Positions 1 through 12,122 of a stretch of DNA of 64,000 nt are shown in pieces. This DNA is from Sminthopsis crassicaudata (taxonomy: Eukaryota). The first letter of the stretch is position 1. Each line of letters begins with the position of its first letter. The stretch is from NCBI RefSeq assembly GCF_048593235.1, contig NC_133622.1, positions 251,538,055-251,602,054 on the forward strand, in the 5' to 3' direction. The notes under the pieces were generated by a model that saw nothing but the letters and a program-made list of their open reading frames with translations, searched no databases and was not told the DNA's origin. Position numbers and translations under genes: made by a program.

Positions 1-90
1 GTCACACAGCCAGGAAGTATTGTGTCTGAAATCAAATTTGAACTCAGGTCCTCCTGACTTCAGGGCTGGTGCTCTAACCACTGCTGCCCC
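1..90 (-). mobile_element. WSINE1-like CORE-SINE (partial)
   Basis: Reverse complement of ggggcagc...tagagcaccagccctgaagtcaggaggacctgagttcaaat. Confidence 0.8.
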
Positions 91-2574
91 ATTCTGTTTG
101 TTTTTATAGTATGATGCTTTAAGACCAGCAAAGTGCTTTACCAATGTTAGCTCCTCAAAAGTACCCAGAGAAGTACGTGCTGGTATCATCCCCATTTTAC
201 AGATGAGAAAATCCAGGATCTCACAGCTAGCAAATGTCTGTGCCTGGATCTGCATCCTCCCTGACTTTAGGTCAGAACTCTATTTACTGCCCCGGCCAAT
301 TGCCATGCATTAAAATTCAAATTTTATCCTTTAAGAAAAATAAAATAAATCAATTTAAATGTGATGCCTTTAAAAGGAAAATAAAATTCCTGAAAAGGAA
401 TCTCTAGTTTGCCCCAGACTCACTGTCCAAGTGATTCAGTTTGCAGAAAAGGTTAAGGCCTCCGATAGAGAGAGAAGTGGAGCTGGAGCTCTCTGGAGGG
501 AAAAGGGAAAAGCAGAATTGCCTCTAAGTCTCTTTCGATGATTGCTATGACCTCTATCTTCCTGTAGTCTTCCCTTCCCTAAAAGGCTCTGCTCAGACTC
601 GTCTTCTTTGGACAGTTCCCATGATCCTCTAGCCATCTTGGATTTTCTCAGAACAACCTGCTGGATCTTCCTCACTTGCTGTCTGTTAGGCCCTAACCCA
701 CACAATCCCAGAATCCCAGAGTAGAAAGGAACTGTCATTGCTTCAAAACTCTGCCTTGTACCTGAAGGGCAAACATCGGTGTGGAGCATACCCAAAATCT
801 ATCCTTATTTCAAGTGGTGGGAACCCTGGCTCTAAACCCAGAGGGTGTGGGTTCAGATCTCTACCGCCCCCTCCCCCCTGATCTTATAAACAGTTGGAAC
901 TATAGACCTTAGTATCTTCATTTCTGAAAATCAGGAGGCTCATCTGAATGGCCTGGCAGGGTCTCTGATGCTCTAGATCTGTGTTCCTCACTTCCCTCCC
1001 CCCGCCAGGCAGTTTCATGAGCCCAGGTACTGTCATTCTGCGTGGGGCACACAGTGGGTACTTACATTGAACTCAGTTTATCACAGCCCAAGTTTGTCTT
1101 GTATATTCTGTCCAGGGGAGATACTCGGCCTTTCCTGAATTAGAACAGGGGGAAGAAGAGCGCAGTAGATGTGATTTTTTTCTTCAGGAGCAAGGAATGA
1201 TGGACTCATCTTCTTGGAGATGAGAAAGGCTGGGACGTGAAGCTACAGACCATGTTCTACAGACTGTGGCCTGGAAAGAGCCACCTCTGGAGTCAGTTAT
1301 AGCTAGCCTTTGCCATGGGGATTTGCTCCATGCCCTTTCCATCCAGAAAGGGAAGTTCCTCCCCTGGGCAGCAGTGCTCAGGGTCCATGGGTCAGAGAAG
1401 GGCAGTGTCCCACAGCGCCCTCAAAGCTGCTATCACCGTCATGGCCCCCTGAATCCCCTCATTACCTCAATCCGTCCGAGGGGGCTTGGCCTGGGCCATA
1501 CTCTTAAGCAAGACCCAGGGGATTGCAAGTCACGGCAGAGTAGCTGTAGCGGTCCAAAGGTTTCCCAATCGTTTGCTTCCCGGCGGCCCTGGAAAGTAGG
1601 GAATACATTGGGAAGTCACTAAGGCACTGAGAGGGGAAAGGAGCTCTTGTTTGCTTCAAACAAACAGGAAGTCAGGTAGATCGCAGTGAGCTGCTACTTC
1701 CTGATGCTGTAGAGAAGAAGAAATATGTTCAGAGACTGCCAAAAGCTCAGCTGGAGCTGGAAGGAGCCTCGGCAGCTACAAGCCCAACCTTATTTTGTTT
1801 CTGCTGTCCCCCACGATCTGTCCCTTACTCAGAGCCCTCCAGTGTGGGGAGCCCACCCTTGTCCGGGCAGCTCCCTCTTTGGACAGTTCTTGTGGTTGAA
1901 GAGAAGCCCCTGAGTCCAGGCCTTCCCAGGGCGGCGCCATTTTGAATTCAGCCCTCCAGGCCGGCACCTGCACGGGGTGGGATCTGGGCTGGCGGTGGTA
2001 GGAGAGAAGAGAAGAGAGGAGCAAATCAGAGGAAAGGCTGTGACTCAAACGTATCAATTTGGGCAATTTTCAGTGAGCCAGTTGCTCAGTAGTTATCATC
2101 TCTGAGAAATATGGTAGTTGAATCACCGCATTTTGTAACTTCTTACCCAGAAATCTTGCTGCTGGGCATCTAACCTAGGCCTAAGACCCAGAAGCCCCAT
2201 TTATACACAGATATTCACCTCTCCATTTTTGTTGTTAACCAACAAACATTTATGAAGCACATTTCTGTGCTGGACAACAACAATAACTAGAATTAATATA
2301 GCGCGTTAGTGTTTACAAAACATTTTAGTCACAAAGATTATTGTGTTTCATTCTCACCACAATGCTGGGGATAGGCACTACTGTTACTCCAATTTTTACA
2401 AATTAGGAAACCGAGGGTGATAGGAGTAGAGTGCTCAGGATCACACAGCTACTAAGTTTCTGAGGTCAGATTTGAATTCAGGTCCCCCTGACTTGGAGGC
2501 AGCTAGATGACACATTGGATAGAGTGCCAATGTATCCAGAGGCACGACCTCAGAGTCCACTGCAGTCTCAGAGC

Positions 2575-2730
2575 CTTCTTTTAACTGTGTGACCCTGGAC
2601 AAGTCATTTAAGCCTTGTGCCTCAGTTTCCCTATCTGTCAAATGAGCTGGAGAAGGAAATGGCCAACTGCCCAGTATCTTTGCAAAGAAAACCCCAATGG
2701 GGTCATGAAATCGCTGAAATGAACAACCAT
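2575..2730 (+). mobile_element. MAR1-like CORE-SINE
   Basis: CORE + aaatgagctggagaaggaaatggc...aaaaccccaatggggtc tail. Confidence 0.8.
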
Positions 2731-5700
2731 AATATGGCTCTCCAGGACCAATTTTTTACTGTCAGATTTAGAATCATAGATTTAGGGCTAGAAAGGACAT
2801 AGAATAGGACATCTAGTCCAGGCCCTTCATTTTACAGTTAAGGAAACTAAGCCCTTTACAGATTTCTCCTCTAAGCAGCTGCTAGATCCTCCCTGCCCCA
2901 ATTTACATAGATATACACATATATGTAAATTATATGTATCCATATTTCCTTTGATAGAATGTAAGCTCTTTGTGGGCATTCAAGAATTGTTATTTTGTCC
3001 AGTAGTTTGTGACACATAGTAGGTGCTTTGTAAATGCTTCTAAATTAAGCAACTTTCCCAAGACTGCATAGATAGTAAGTGACCGAGCTAGGATTTGAAT
3101 GGAAGCCCCTGATTTCAAATCCAGCTCGCCTTCCCAATGCCCCATCTTCTTCTGTCACTGGAGCAGTTGGTTTTGTTCTTTGGTATGATAGGGCTCTGTG
3201 GGGTTGGGAAATGATGCTGTAAAAAGTCAACAGAACCAACAGGAGGTTTATATTAAACACGCTTCCCATACTCACACCGTCTAGGTCTCTAGTCTTGAAC
3301 ATCTCTGATCCCCAGGTCTTGCCGGGAAACGTTCCAGGGAAGGGGACCGTTCTCAAGAATTTTAACAAAAGTCACCGTCCCAGAGAACCCTGGGGTTGAG
3401 CCGGATGAGTGGCTGGCCTTTGAATTGGGCTAAAGTAGTTATGGGACCACAACGATGGGAGCAAGAGTGCCTTCACATCCAGCCCAATAGGGAAAGAGAT
3501 CCCGTTTAAATTCAAATCTCCAGGATTCAGACATTGTGCTGGTCCTCGGAGATCAGAGAGTCCCAGAGGACCCTCAAAGGGCATGCTGCCGGCCCCCAGG
3601 TGAGTCAGCATGAAGTGGGAATAAAATCATTCCAAGAGATGGAAGCAGCCCTTGTGGGCTGCAGAGTTGAAAGCACTTGAGAGTCATCTAGTCGGATTCC
3701 CTCCTCTTAGGTATGAGGAAATAGTTCCGGAGAGAGGGGGCAATGACTTGACCAAGATCTCAGCTAGTTGTGGTAGATTTCTGAGTCCAAAGGAGAGCCT
3801 CCCTAATTACCCTGATACTGAGCTAGTAGATTTATTTGGATTAAATAACCTAAATTATCTAAATCTAATTTGTTTAGATTAGCTTAGAAAGAGAGGTGTC
3901 GGGTGCCTCCCAGCTTAGCACTTGAGCCTAATCTTAAACCAATCTTTGTCAAAGCCTTGTCCTACTGGGTGCATCCTACTAAGTTGCAAAACTCAGTCAG
4001 GTCTCAGTTCCCGCCTCACACAAGACCCTTGTTCGAATTCTGGTTCTGTGCTTACTACCTGTGTGATCTTGGGCGAGTCACTCTGTTGCTCTCAGTTTCC
4101 CCCTGTGTAAAATGAGCAAGGTTGAGCCAGAAGGCCTCTGAAGCCTCTTCTGGTTCTCCATTTCTGGTGCTTTCATCCTGAGCACAAACAGAAATAGCTA
4201 AAATTCCTAACTTGGCAGATCAGAGAGAGGTTCGAACATGGGAGCCACGTGAACTCTGGGGGAAGACTTGTTTCAGCTGACAGGGGTTCGGGACGTTTCA
4301 TGGAGGAGGTGGACTGGAAAGATTGGGTAGAACTTTGACAGGTGAAGAGGGGGAGGAAAGACATGGGAAGAGCGTGAGCAAGGGCGCGGAGGCGGGATTA
4401 CACCATCCTATTTAAAGACTGGAGACATCCCGGCTTTCCTAGGAAACTCAGCCCAGTGTTTACTGCCTTTGCAGTCTGGAGGGGGTTCCTTCCACAAACC
4501 CAGTCCCTCCTCCACAAATCTCAGTCTGTGTCCTCTCATGTCATCCAAGGTGGGGATGGAAGACTGGCCATCATCACCGGTAGAGCTGCTTCTGCAGTGA
4601 GCCTCTTAAAAGGAGTTTAAAAGGGGGAAAGCTAGTATAATCAGCCCCTGTCCAGCTAGGAAACTGAGGCCCAGAGGTGGGGAAGAGGCTTGCGGGTCAT
4701 AGTTGCCAGCAAGATTCTCTCCTCAGTCCAGTCTCAGAACCATCCTCCCGCCCTCTCTCTTCTCCAGGCCTCTAGACAAGCTTTTCCCTCTGAGTGGGAT
4801 TCCCTCCCCCCCCCCACCTCCCTGGCGTTGCCTGATCTCCTTCCCCTCCCAGGGTTATTTGGTATTTGTTCTGTGTGTACTCACCGTGCCCTTACCGCAG
4901 TAGAATGTAAGCTCCTTGAGGGCAGGAATCGCTCCTGGGTTCTGCTTTATGTCCCAATGCCCAGATTGTTGAATAAATGAATGAATGAGCAGATGGCTCA
5001 CTTTTAGTTCTTTTCATTTCCCCCAGAATGACTGCTGCTTAAACCCTCTGGCCATCTCCTTGGCTCATGGGCTTGCTATGAGTTCTCATGATCTTGTTTC
5101 CTGCCATACTTGAGTCCCTGTAACTGTTTCTGTCAGTTTAGGTTTGGGGTCAGAGGTCTCCCTCTGGGAAAAGGCACACTATGCTCCGTAGAGCCCATCT
5201 CTCTGACATCACAGGAAGTCCAGCCTCCAAAGCTGCCCACCCACCCCTGGCTCAGAATCAACTCCAGGCCATCCTCAAAGCCCAAGAAGGAAATCAATAA
5301 AATAAGGAACCAAGGCCTAGTCTCTGATGGACCACGAGGGACAAAATCTCAGTGCCCATCTGTTCGCGATTGTCCCCCAAACCCTCCTCTAAATTAATGT
5401 GCCTAATAAGTAGCTACCTGACCATTGCTTGGATCCTTCCAATGGTCAGGCTTTCTTTCTCTCCTTCCTTCCTCGTCTTCTGAGCTAGTTCATTGTATTT
5501 TAGAACAGTTTGGATTAGTAGGAGGGTTTTCCAGAATCCAATCTCAGTCTACCTGCCTGCAAGCTCCCCATTTCTCCTTATTCTGCCCTCTGGGCCTAGC
5601 AGAACAAGTCTGATCTCTTTTATATGATGCTAGTGGCCACAACCCCACCGGCCAGATCCCCTCCTTCTCCCACTGTATAAACATGTCCAATCCTCGTCAC

Positions 5701-7324
5701 GTCATATTCCTCTTTACCTGCAGCTTTTCATTGTCTTTTCTCAGTGGACCCAGGACCACACGTGTGGCCCAACAACCGGGCTATCTCTTCTATGATGTAC
5801 TGATGATTTTTTTGAAGATCCTTTGTTTTTATATTGCCTTCATCTCCGAATATATACCTTCCTGTCTCTCCTATGCAATAATAGCCGTGCCTTGTGATAA
5901 AGATTTCAAAAGAAAAAGGAAACAAAAACAACTCAGCCAAAATAATCCACATATCAACTGTCTTACAGTGGATGCAATATTCCAACCCACCCCTTTCCAC
6001 CCCTTCCTGTGCCTCCCACTGCAGCCTTCGTTCTTGGGGAAAGGAAGAACTTCCAGCTCAAACCTAGTTCCTTACCATTTACTTGGCTCCTCACTTCTCC
6101 AGGAAGCCTCCTCTGAACATCTCATCAATTGCCTTCCTCTGTTCTCCCAGAGCCCCAAGTCTTAGCATCATACACTCTGATCCTTAGAAACACACCTATT
6201 ACATAAAGGTTCTCAGTCTTGCCTCCTCCAAGCAGCCTCTAGGCTTCCTGTGGGCGTAGCTAGGCTGATACTTCTGCCTCTACTAGGCCCAGGAGGATTA
6301 TTTGGACTCAACTCCCACTGGACTCATTCTTGCCCTCCCTGTTGGGTGGGAAGGCTGTCCAGTCTTCTCTGTGTGACTTGTATCTGGTGGGGGTGATGGA
6401 AAAAACATGGCGTCTGAAGTCCGAGAACTGGCTGTATAGTTTTGTGAGTCATTTACCCGTCCATTCCTCATGTGAAAACTGTGGGGTTAAGCTTCAGCCC
6501 ATTTCTCAGACCTAGAAAGTCCTTTCTTTGCCCCAATCCACTGCCTGCTTCTTCCACCTTTGGAATTTTGCCCCCAGCCCGCCTCCAAGGCTCGCCCGGT
6601 CAATGCCAGCCAAGTCTTCATCTGTAGGTGTTCAAAGTTGGTAGAGGAAGTGGTTGTGTGTTTGTTAACCCATTTTGTGAGCCTGTCTCCTCCCCCCAGT
6701 TAAACTATAAGCTCACTGAGGGCAGAAAGCCTCCTATTCTGCCCTTCCGGAAAGCCAGCTTGGCTCTGTCCACAGGAGGAGTTATCGGTCTGACCCCGTC
6801 CTCTTGAGGAAACTTGTTTTCTCATCTAGAAATCACCCCAAATCCCCAAGTCATGGACCAGAAGATAACAAGTCCAAATCTCCCTCCCTCCAGAGGGGCG
6901 GACCAGGGTATGGTGGCTGTTCATTGGCTTAGCCTGTGTATGTTGCCATGGAAACAGGAGGTGGAGAAACCCTCCTGCAGAGAGATGCTGCTGAGCATCT
7001 CCCTGCGCCTCGGAAGGCCCTGGCCTGTACATGGTTTGTGAGGGGAGCACTGCATGAGAAGTGAAGGAGAGTAAGTTGTCACATCTGTTTATCTGGCCTT
7101 CCCATGGCTGCATCTTTCAGAGAGGTTTCGAGATGCCAGAGGAAGAAATAATTCTTCCTCAACCTGCCCTCAACCAGAGCAAGGAAGCTGAGAGAAAGTA
7201 TGGCCTGGCAACAGCCAAAGCATCCACCGACAGATAATACCCTTCTATTTGTGGGGACGAGGAAGAGAGGGGAGATGTGATGAATTATACAGGACCACTC
7301 ACACAACTTTCACACAGGAAAAGT

Positions 7325-7670
7325 CCTTAGAACTTAAAACATAAAATGCCAGAGTGGAAGGGACTTTACAAGACATAATGTAAAGTGGTAGAGCTGGGAA
7401 GGACCTCTAAACATAAAGTGTCGGACCCTAAGAACATTTTGTGTAGACTTTCAGATCTTAGAACATAGAACATAGGATGTTTGGGTAGGGACACACAATA
7501 CAGAATGCTACAGAGCTGTGGGAGGGTCTTTATATCATAGAAGAGCAGAGCTGGAAGGAGCCTTAAAGGACAAAGTATGAGGCACCCTGGAACAAATAGC
7601 ATAGAGCTGAAGGGATCTTGGAAATGATGTAGCCTAACATCCGTCATTTACAGAACAGGAAGTTGAAGAC
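7325..7670. repeat. Degenerate ~32-bp tandem array of the same family, joined to a MIR3-like SINE end
   Basis: Repeated tagaacat / agagctggaaggga units. Confidence 0.7.
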
Positions 7671-8846
7671 CCCAAGATCCATAACTCCTTCTTAAGGAAC
7701 CATGGTAAGTTAATGGCTGGTAGGACCAAAATCCAGGTCTCCAGTACATCACTCTTTCCATTATTCTACAATTTCACTAAAAGGCAGCTGACCCATATCA
7801 CCCCGGTGGCACCCTCTAGGCAGAGATGGCTAATCCCTTGGGTCATTGTATTTCCCTAGCTATCTTCATCTCTGTAGTTGGGTCAAATGGTCTTGAAAGC
7901 TACCCAGCCTCAGGAGCTCGCTCTCCCCCAGCACATCCTGGAGCGATGGAGCTGTCCAGTTGGCTATTTGTGGCCAGAGCTACAATATGACTCTCTGGGT
8001 TCCAGTCCAGGGTGATCCCATTTCTGTAGTGAGCCAAGACCAGGAGCAAAGCAGGGATTTCGAGCCATCAAAGCATTTGGCAGGAAAAGCTGAGCTCACA
8101 CTTGAAAGTGATGTGGATTCAGTGGCTCCCTGCCAGCTTTGGTCTAGAGCTTTCTGGGTATTAGGGTTAGCTTTGGCCCTCTCTAGAGTTGTCACCTACA
8201 TTCAGAGCTTCCCCGGGTCTTGAGGTGAGCCACTCGACCAGTAGTGGACTGACCTTCTAGCTCTGGCCCGGCCTCATTTGCAGTGAGTTCAAGGTATGGT
8301 GGCTCTTTCTGGAGCCTTCCAGTCTGCCATCTGACCCATCTCAAATCTCAGTCTGAGCTGGGCTTCTTGGACTTCTGTTCAATTTCTCTTGGATGCCAAA
8401 AGATGCCAGGAGGTTAACCCCCCCCCAGGATGGGCACAGCTAGCCAGGCTGACAGCTGAAGTATTCTAATACCTCCGCAGAGATGTTTTGACTCCTCAAG
8501 ACTCTAGGAAACTTTAAGATTTCCATAGAGAGATCATCGCTCTCTGGAGAAGAAGACTACCGCCCTATCTCCATTTCTCTCTGGCAAGGGTCTGCCTAGC
8601 CAATGCCCCTGAGAGTGATTGGCCCCCATTCTTCCTCCCTTCCTGATAAGGTGGTCAGGGAGAAATGGGGAGGTCTTCCCCCAGGAACCTTCTAAAACCA
8701 TTCAAGGCAGGAGCCAGGGACTGCATGGCCTGTTCTGGCTATAAAAAGCCCTTTTTGGGGAAAAAAATCATAAAGGAAGAAACCAGCCAATCCCTCCCCG
8801 ATGCCATCACCTCTTCTTGGTGAATTTTCGGGGAAGGAGTGGGCGG

Positions 8847-8860
8847 GTTGCCATGGCAAC
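8847..8860. promoter_or_regulatory. RFX X-box
   Basis: Perfect palindrome GTTGCCATGGCAAC. Confidence 0.65.
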
Positions 8861-9960
8861 AGATGCGAGCTCGGCTCCGTAAAGAAGGAACCTTGATTTT
8901 TTTTTTTTCTTTCTCTCTCTTGGTTTTGTGTATGTATGTGTGTGTATGTGTGTGCACACTCCGCGGATTTTTTTTAGATCTAAAGAAACCCCTCCTCTCC
9001 CTGCAGCACCCCAAATATGGAGTGGTGGAAAACCACTCACTCCTGCAGGCTCCAGGAGGGAGGGAAGCCCCCTTCCCTAGCATGGGGGACCCTCCCTCCC
9101 CCCAAAGGGGTACATGCACTGGGGAATGGGCGCTTCCCAGAGGCCTGAGTGTAGAAATGGGATGGGGGGGAGTGGAGCTGGGGAAGGGGCTGAAGGAAAG
9201 GCCTGGTGTGCAGGGGGGCAATCAAAGAACCCAGAAGACTGAGCCAGAGGGGGCGAGAGAAACCCGACCTGGAACTGCAAGGGCGCTTTACATAAACAGA
9301 GTCAGACCCACGGGCAGAGCCAGACAGACAGACAGACAGGCAGATCCATATGCAGATGCGGATAAGCACACACAGAGATTCCCAGACAGCTCCCCACACA
9401 GCTAGCTGCAGGTCTGCGGAGACAGGCCAGACCCCGGAAAAGAAATACAGAAGCACAGATAAGCCCACGGAAAATTACAGAGCCATGGACGTGGCAATAT
9501 ACACAGCCCCCCACAAAGAGAGACAGGCAGACCTGCACACAGAGATGGACACACATGGAGGCCCCAAAGTGAATGCAAGGAGACACATGTAAACAAACGC
9601 AGGAGCCCAAAATGGCTCCGTGCACGGCCAAGCACACATTCACATGGGTGCCCCCATAGCCCAGCTCCCACATCTCCATGGCATATATATGTTCCCCTAT
9701 GTCAGCACTAAGAGGCCTCGGGGATACGTGCAAATGTGTTTGTTTGTTTTTGCTGTTTGTGTCCGCAGCTCAAGCACTGAGCCTTCCTTCCTTCTGGATC
9801 TTGTTTTTCCTGTCTCTTGTTCCCTTCTCCTAAGAGCTTCCTTTCCTATTGCTCTCCTAACCCCTCTTTTCCCAGAAAACCTGGGGTCCCTGCTTCTCCA
9901 GCTCGCCTAGACCCAAGGCTTCCATCCCTCAGTCCATCCAGTGCTCTCCCTCCCAGCCCA

Positions 9961-10165
9961 GGAGCGGGGGTGACTCAGCTGGGGCCAGGATGACTCACTG
10001 CGACAGTATTTTTAGCCCCGGCCAGGAGCTCTCTAGCAGTGCCAGCCGCCCCCCTCCTCCTGCTTGCTATTTCTGAACCGTCACTGGTGATATAAATAGC
10101 TCCTCTCCCACGGCCTGAAGCTGCTTCCAGGTTATTTTTGGTTCTCAGAAGTTAAAAATAACTCG
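9961..10165. promoter_or_regulatory. Candidate activity-regulated NPAS4 enhancer (2x AP-1, 3x MEF2-like)
   Basis: TGACTCA at 9971 and 9991; GTATTTTTAG 10006, ATATAAATAG 10090, perfect TTAAAAATAA 10152. Confidence 0.65.
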
Positions 10166-10281
10166 ATGAAGGTGGGAGGCCGAGGGGCTGGGGGGGCCAG
10201 GCTGGGAAGGAGGGAGCTTGGGGTAACTAGATCTTCTTGCCTTGAACTAAAGTTGACTAGGTTGATTCTACCTCTCCCCCC

Positions 10282-10283
<2 letters not shown>

Positions 10284-10331
<48 letters not shown>
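10284..10331. repeat. (CA)n microsatellite
   Basis: Direct. Confidence 0.95.
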
Positions 10332-10334
<3 letters not shown>

Positions 10335-10687
10335 CTCTTTCAGGACCTCTTGCCCTCCCAGACTCGGACATCCCACTCTCCCAATCCCACTTCCTTACTT
10401 CCCTTCCAGAGTCTAAATATCCTGCCCCCCCCCCCAGTCCCCAAGTTTGACACGCTGCAGAGGGAGATTCCCTGAAGGTGGTGGATTTCCTAGTGTTTAC
10501 AAGGTGCTGTGGGGGAAGGAGGCAGAGGCAGGAGACTTGGATGGGGGCAGCCAGGAGGGGGAGCTGCACAGACAGAAAGGCAAGTACCTAAATACAGAGA
10601 AATAGGTAGAAATGAGCAGGAAAGGTTAGCAGGTCCTGGAGCTGACTGGCTATTTAGGCTGGGTTCCTCAGAGAGAGCTAAGGGATC

Positions 10688-10708
10688 TTCAGCACCATGG
10701 AGAGTGGC
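10688..10708 (+). promoter_or_regulatory. RE1/NRSE (REST site), upstream of NPAS4
   Basis: TTCAGCACCATGGAGAGTGGC vs consensus TTCAGCACCacGGACAGcgcC, canonical 2-nt spacer. Confidence 0.8.
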
Positions 10709-12112
10709 AGTGAGTCTCCTTCAATGATCCTGCCAAATAACACTGATTGGGAATCTGGGGGTTGAGGAACATTTCCTTCCGCCATAAAACAAGTCCTAGA
10801 CTGTCCCCCCACTTCTCCCATCGTGCTTCTATGCACATCTGGAAGGGAAAGTAGGACAAAAAGTTGAGAGGAGAGGCTGAAGCTGGCAGAGGTCATGCAG
10901 AAAGATGGAGATAAAGAGGGGGCAAAATTAGGTTGGGGTCACAGGGAGAGAGGTATAAAGACACCAAATTTGCAGCGAACTTCCCATCTTCCATCCAAAC
11001 ACCGAGATGTAAAGACAGAGACAAAAAGAAGTATCAACTCCCCCCCCCCCCATGGCCTTCCACCACTGACAGCCCCTGACAGCACCACTGGAGAAGAAAG
11101 AGGGACTGAGGGACCGATGCAGGCCCCAGAGAAAATGTAGACAAGGATAAGAAACTTTCATCTGAAGCTAGGATTCCTGAGGTGCACCCATAGATGGTCC
11201 CTGCTTCTTTGTACAGCCCCTTCCCCCCTCTCCCCGCATATACTCTCCCCCCAGGGCAGTACTGAGCAGGACTCTTGCCTCACTCCACTCCCCAAGTTCC
11301 TGTTTTCAGAATCGGTGTCCAGTTCACAGACTATTGGGTTTGCTCTTCATCAAACATCAGAGTTTACATCCCACCGTCCCCCCCCCCCCAGAGATCTGAA
11401 AGAGACCTGTCTCTAGACTCTTCCCCCACTTCCCAGGAAGAGGGTCCAGCATTCAGCATCCTGACCTCCTCTTCCTTTCCAGACCTAGGGGCCCAACACC
11501 TTCACCCTCCCAGGCCCCTGGGGACAGGACCAGTTTCACCTGGAGTGGGAGATACTGTGGTCTTCCTCATTCACCTCCACCTGGGACAGGGTCTTGCAGG
11601 GAGGGACAGAGATGGAGACAAAGCAAAGCTAAGACAGAGAGGTAGAAGAAGGGAGCCAGCCAAGAAAAGACAAGTACAATGTGACAGAGATACCAACTGA
11701 CACAGAGAAACTGAGTGAGAAAGGCCAAAAGGAGAGACAGAATGATCTCTCCAGAAAGACAGAGACATTACTGGGTGGGGGGGTGGGTGGCTTGAGAAAG
11801 AGATGGAAGACAAGACAGAGCCAGGACTCAGGCCAAGGGGACGAGATCCGACGAGATTGGGAGGCTGAGAGAGCAGTGAGCTGGGAAAGGTTGAGGGTTG
11901 GGGGGGGCTCTCTGGAAGAGAGTCAGACAGACAGGCCGGGGAGTGGGACAAGCTGCGAGCAGGGAGAGCTCCCAGCGAGAACGGGGGCTCTTTTCTTTGC
12001 GCCTCGCCCCCAGAGGCCCAGCCGCCTGGGAAAGGGGGCGGGGGAGCCTTTAAAAGCAGAGAGCTGAAGCACCGAGGCCCCGCCCCGCCTGCCGCGCCAG
12101 GAGGTTTCCTGC

Positions 12113-12122
12113 CCTAATATGG
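12113..12122. promoter_or_regulatory. CArG box (SRF site)
   Basis: CCTAATATGG = CC(A/T)6GG, perfect match. Confidence 0.6.

Noticed and set aside
11078-11096. RE1-like gacagcaccactggagaag (and a weaker one at ~12064)
   Set aside because: Non-canonical 3-nt spacer and poor right half-site.
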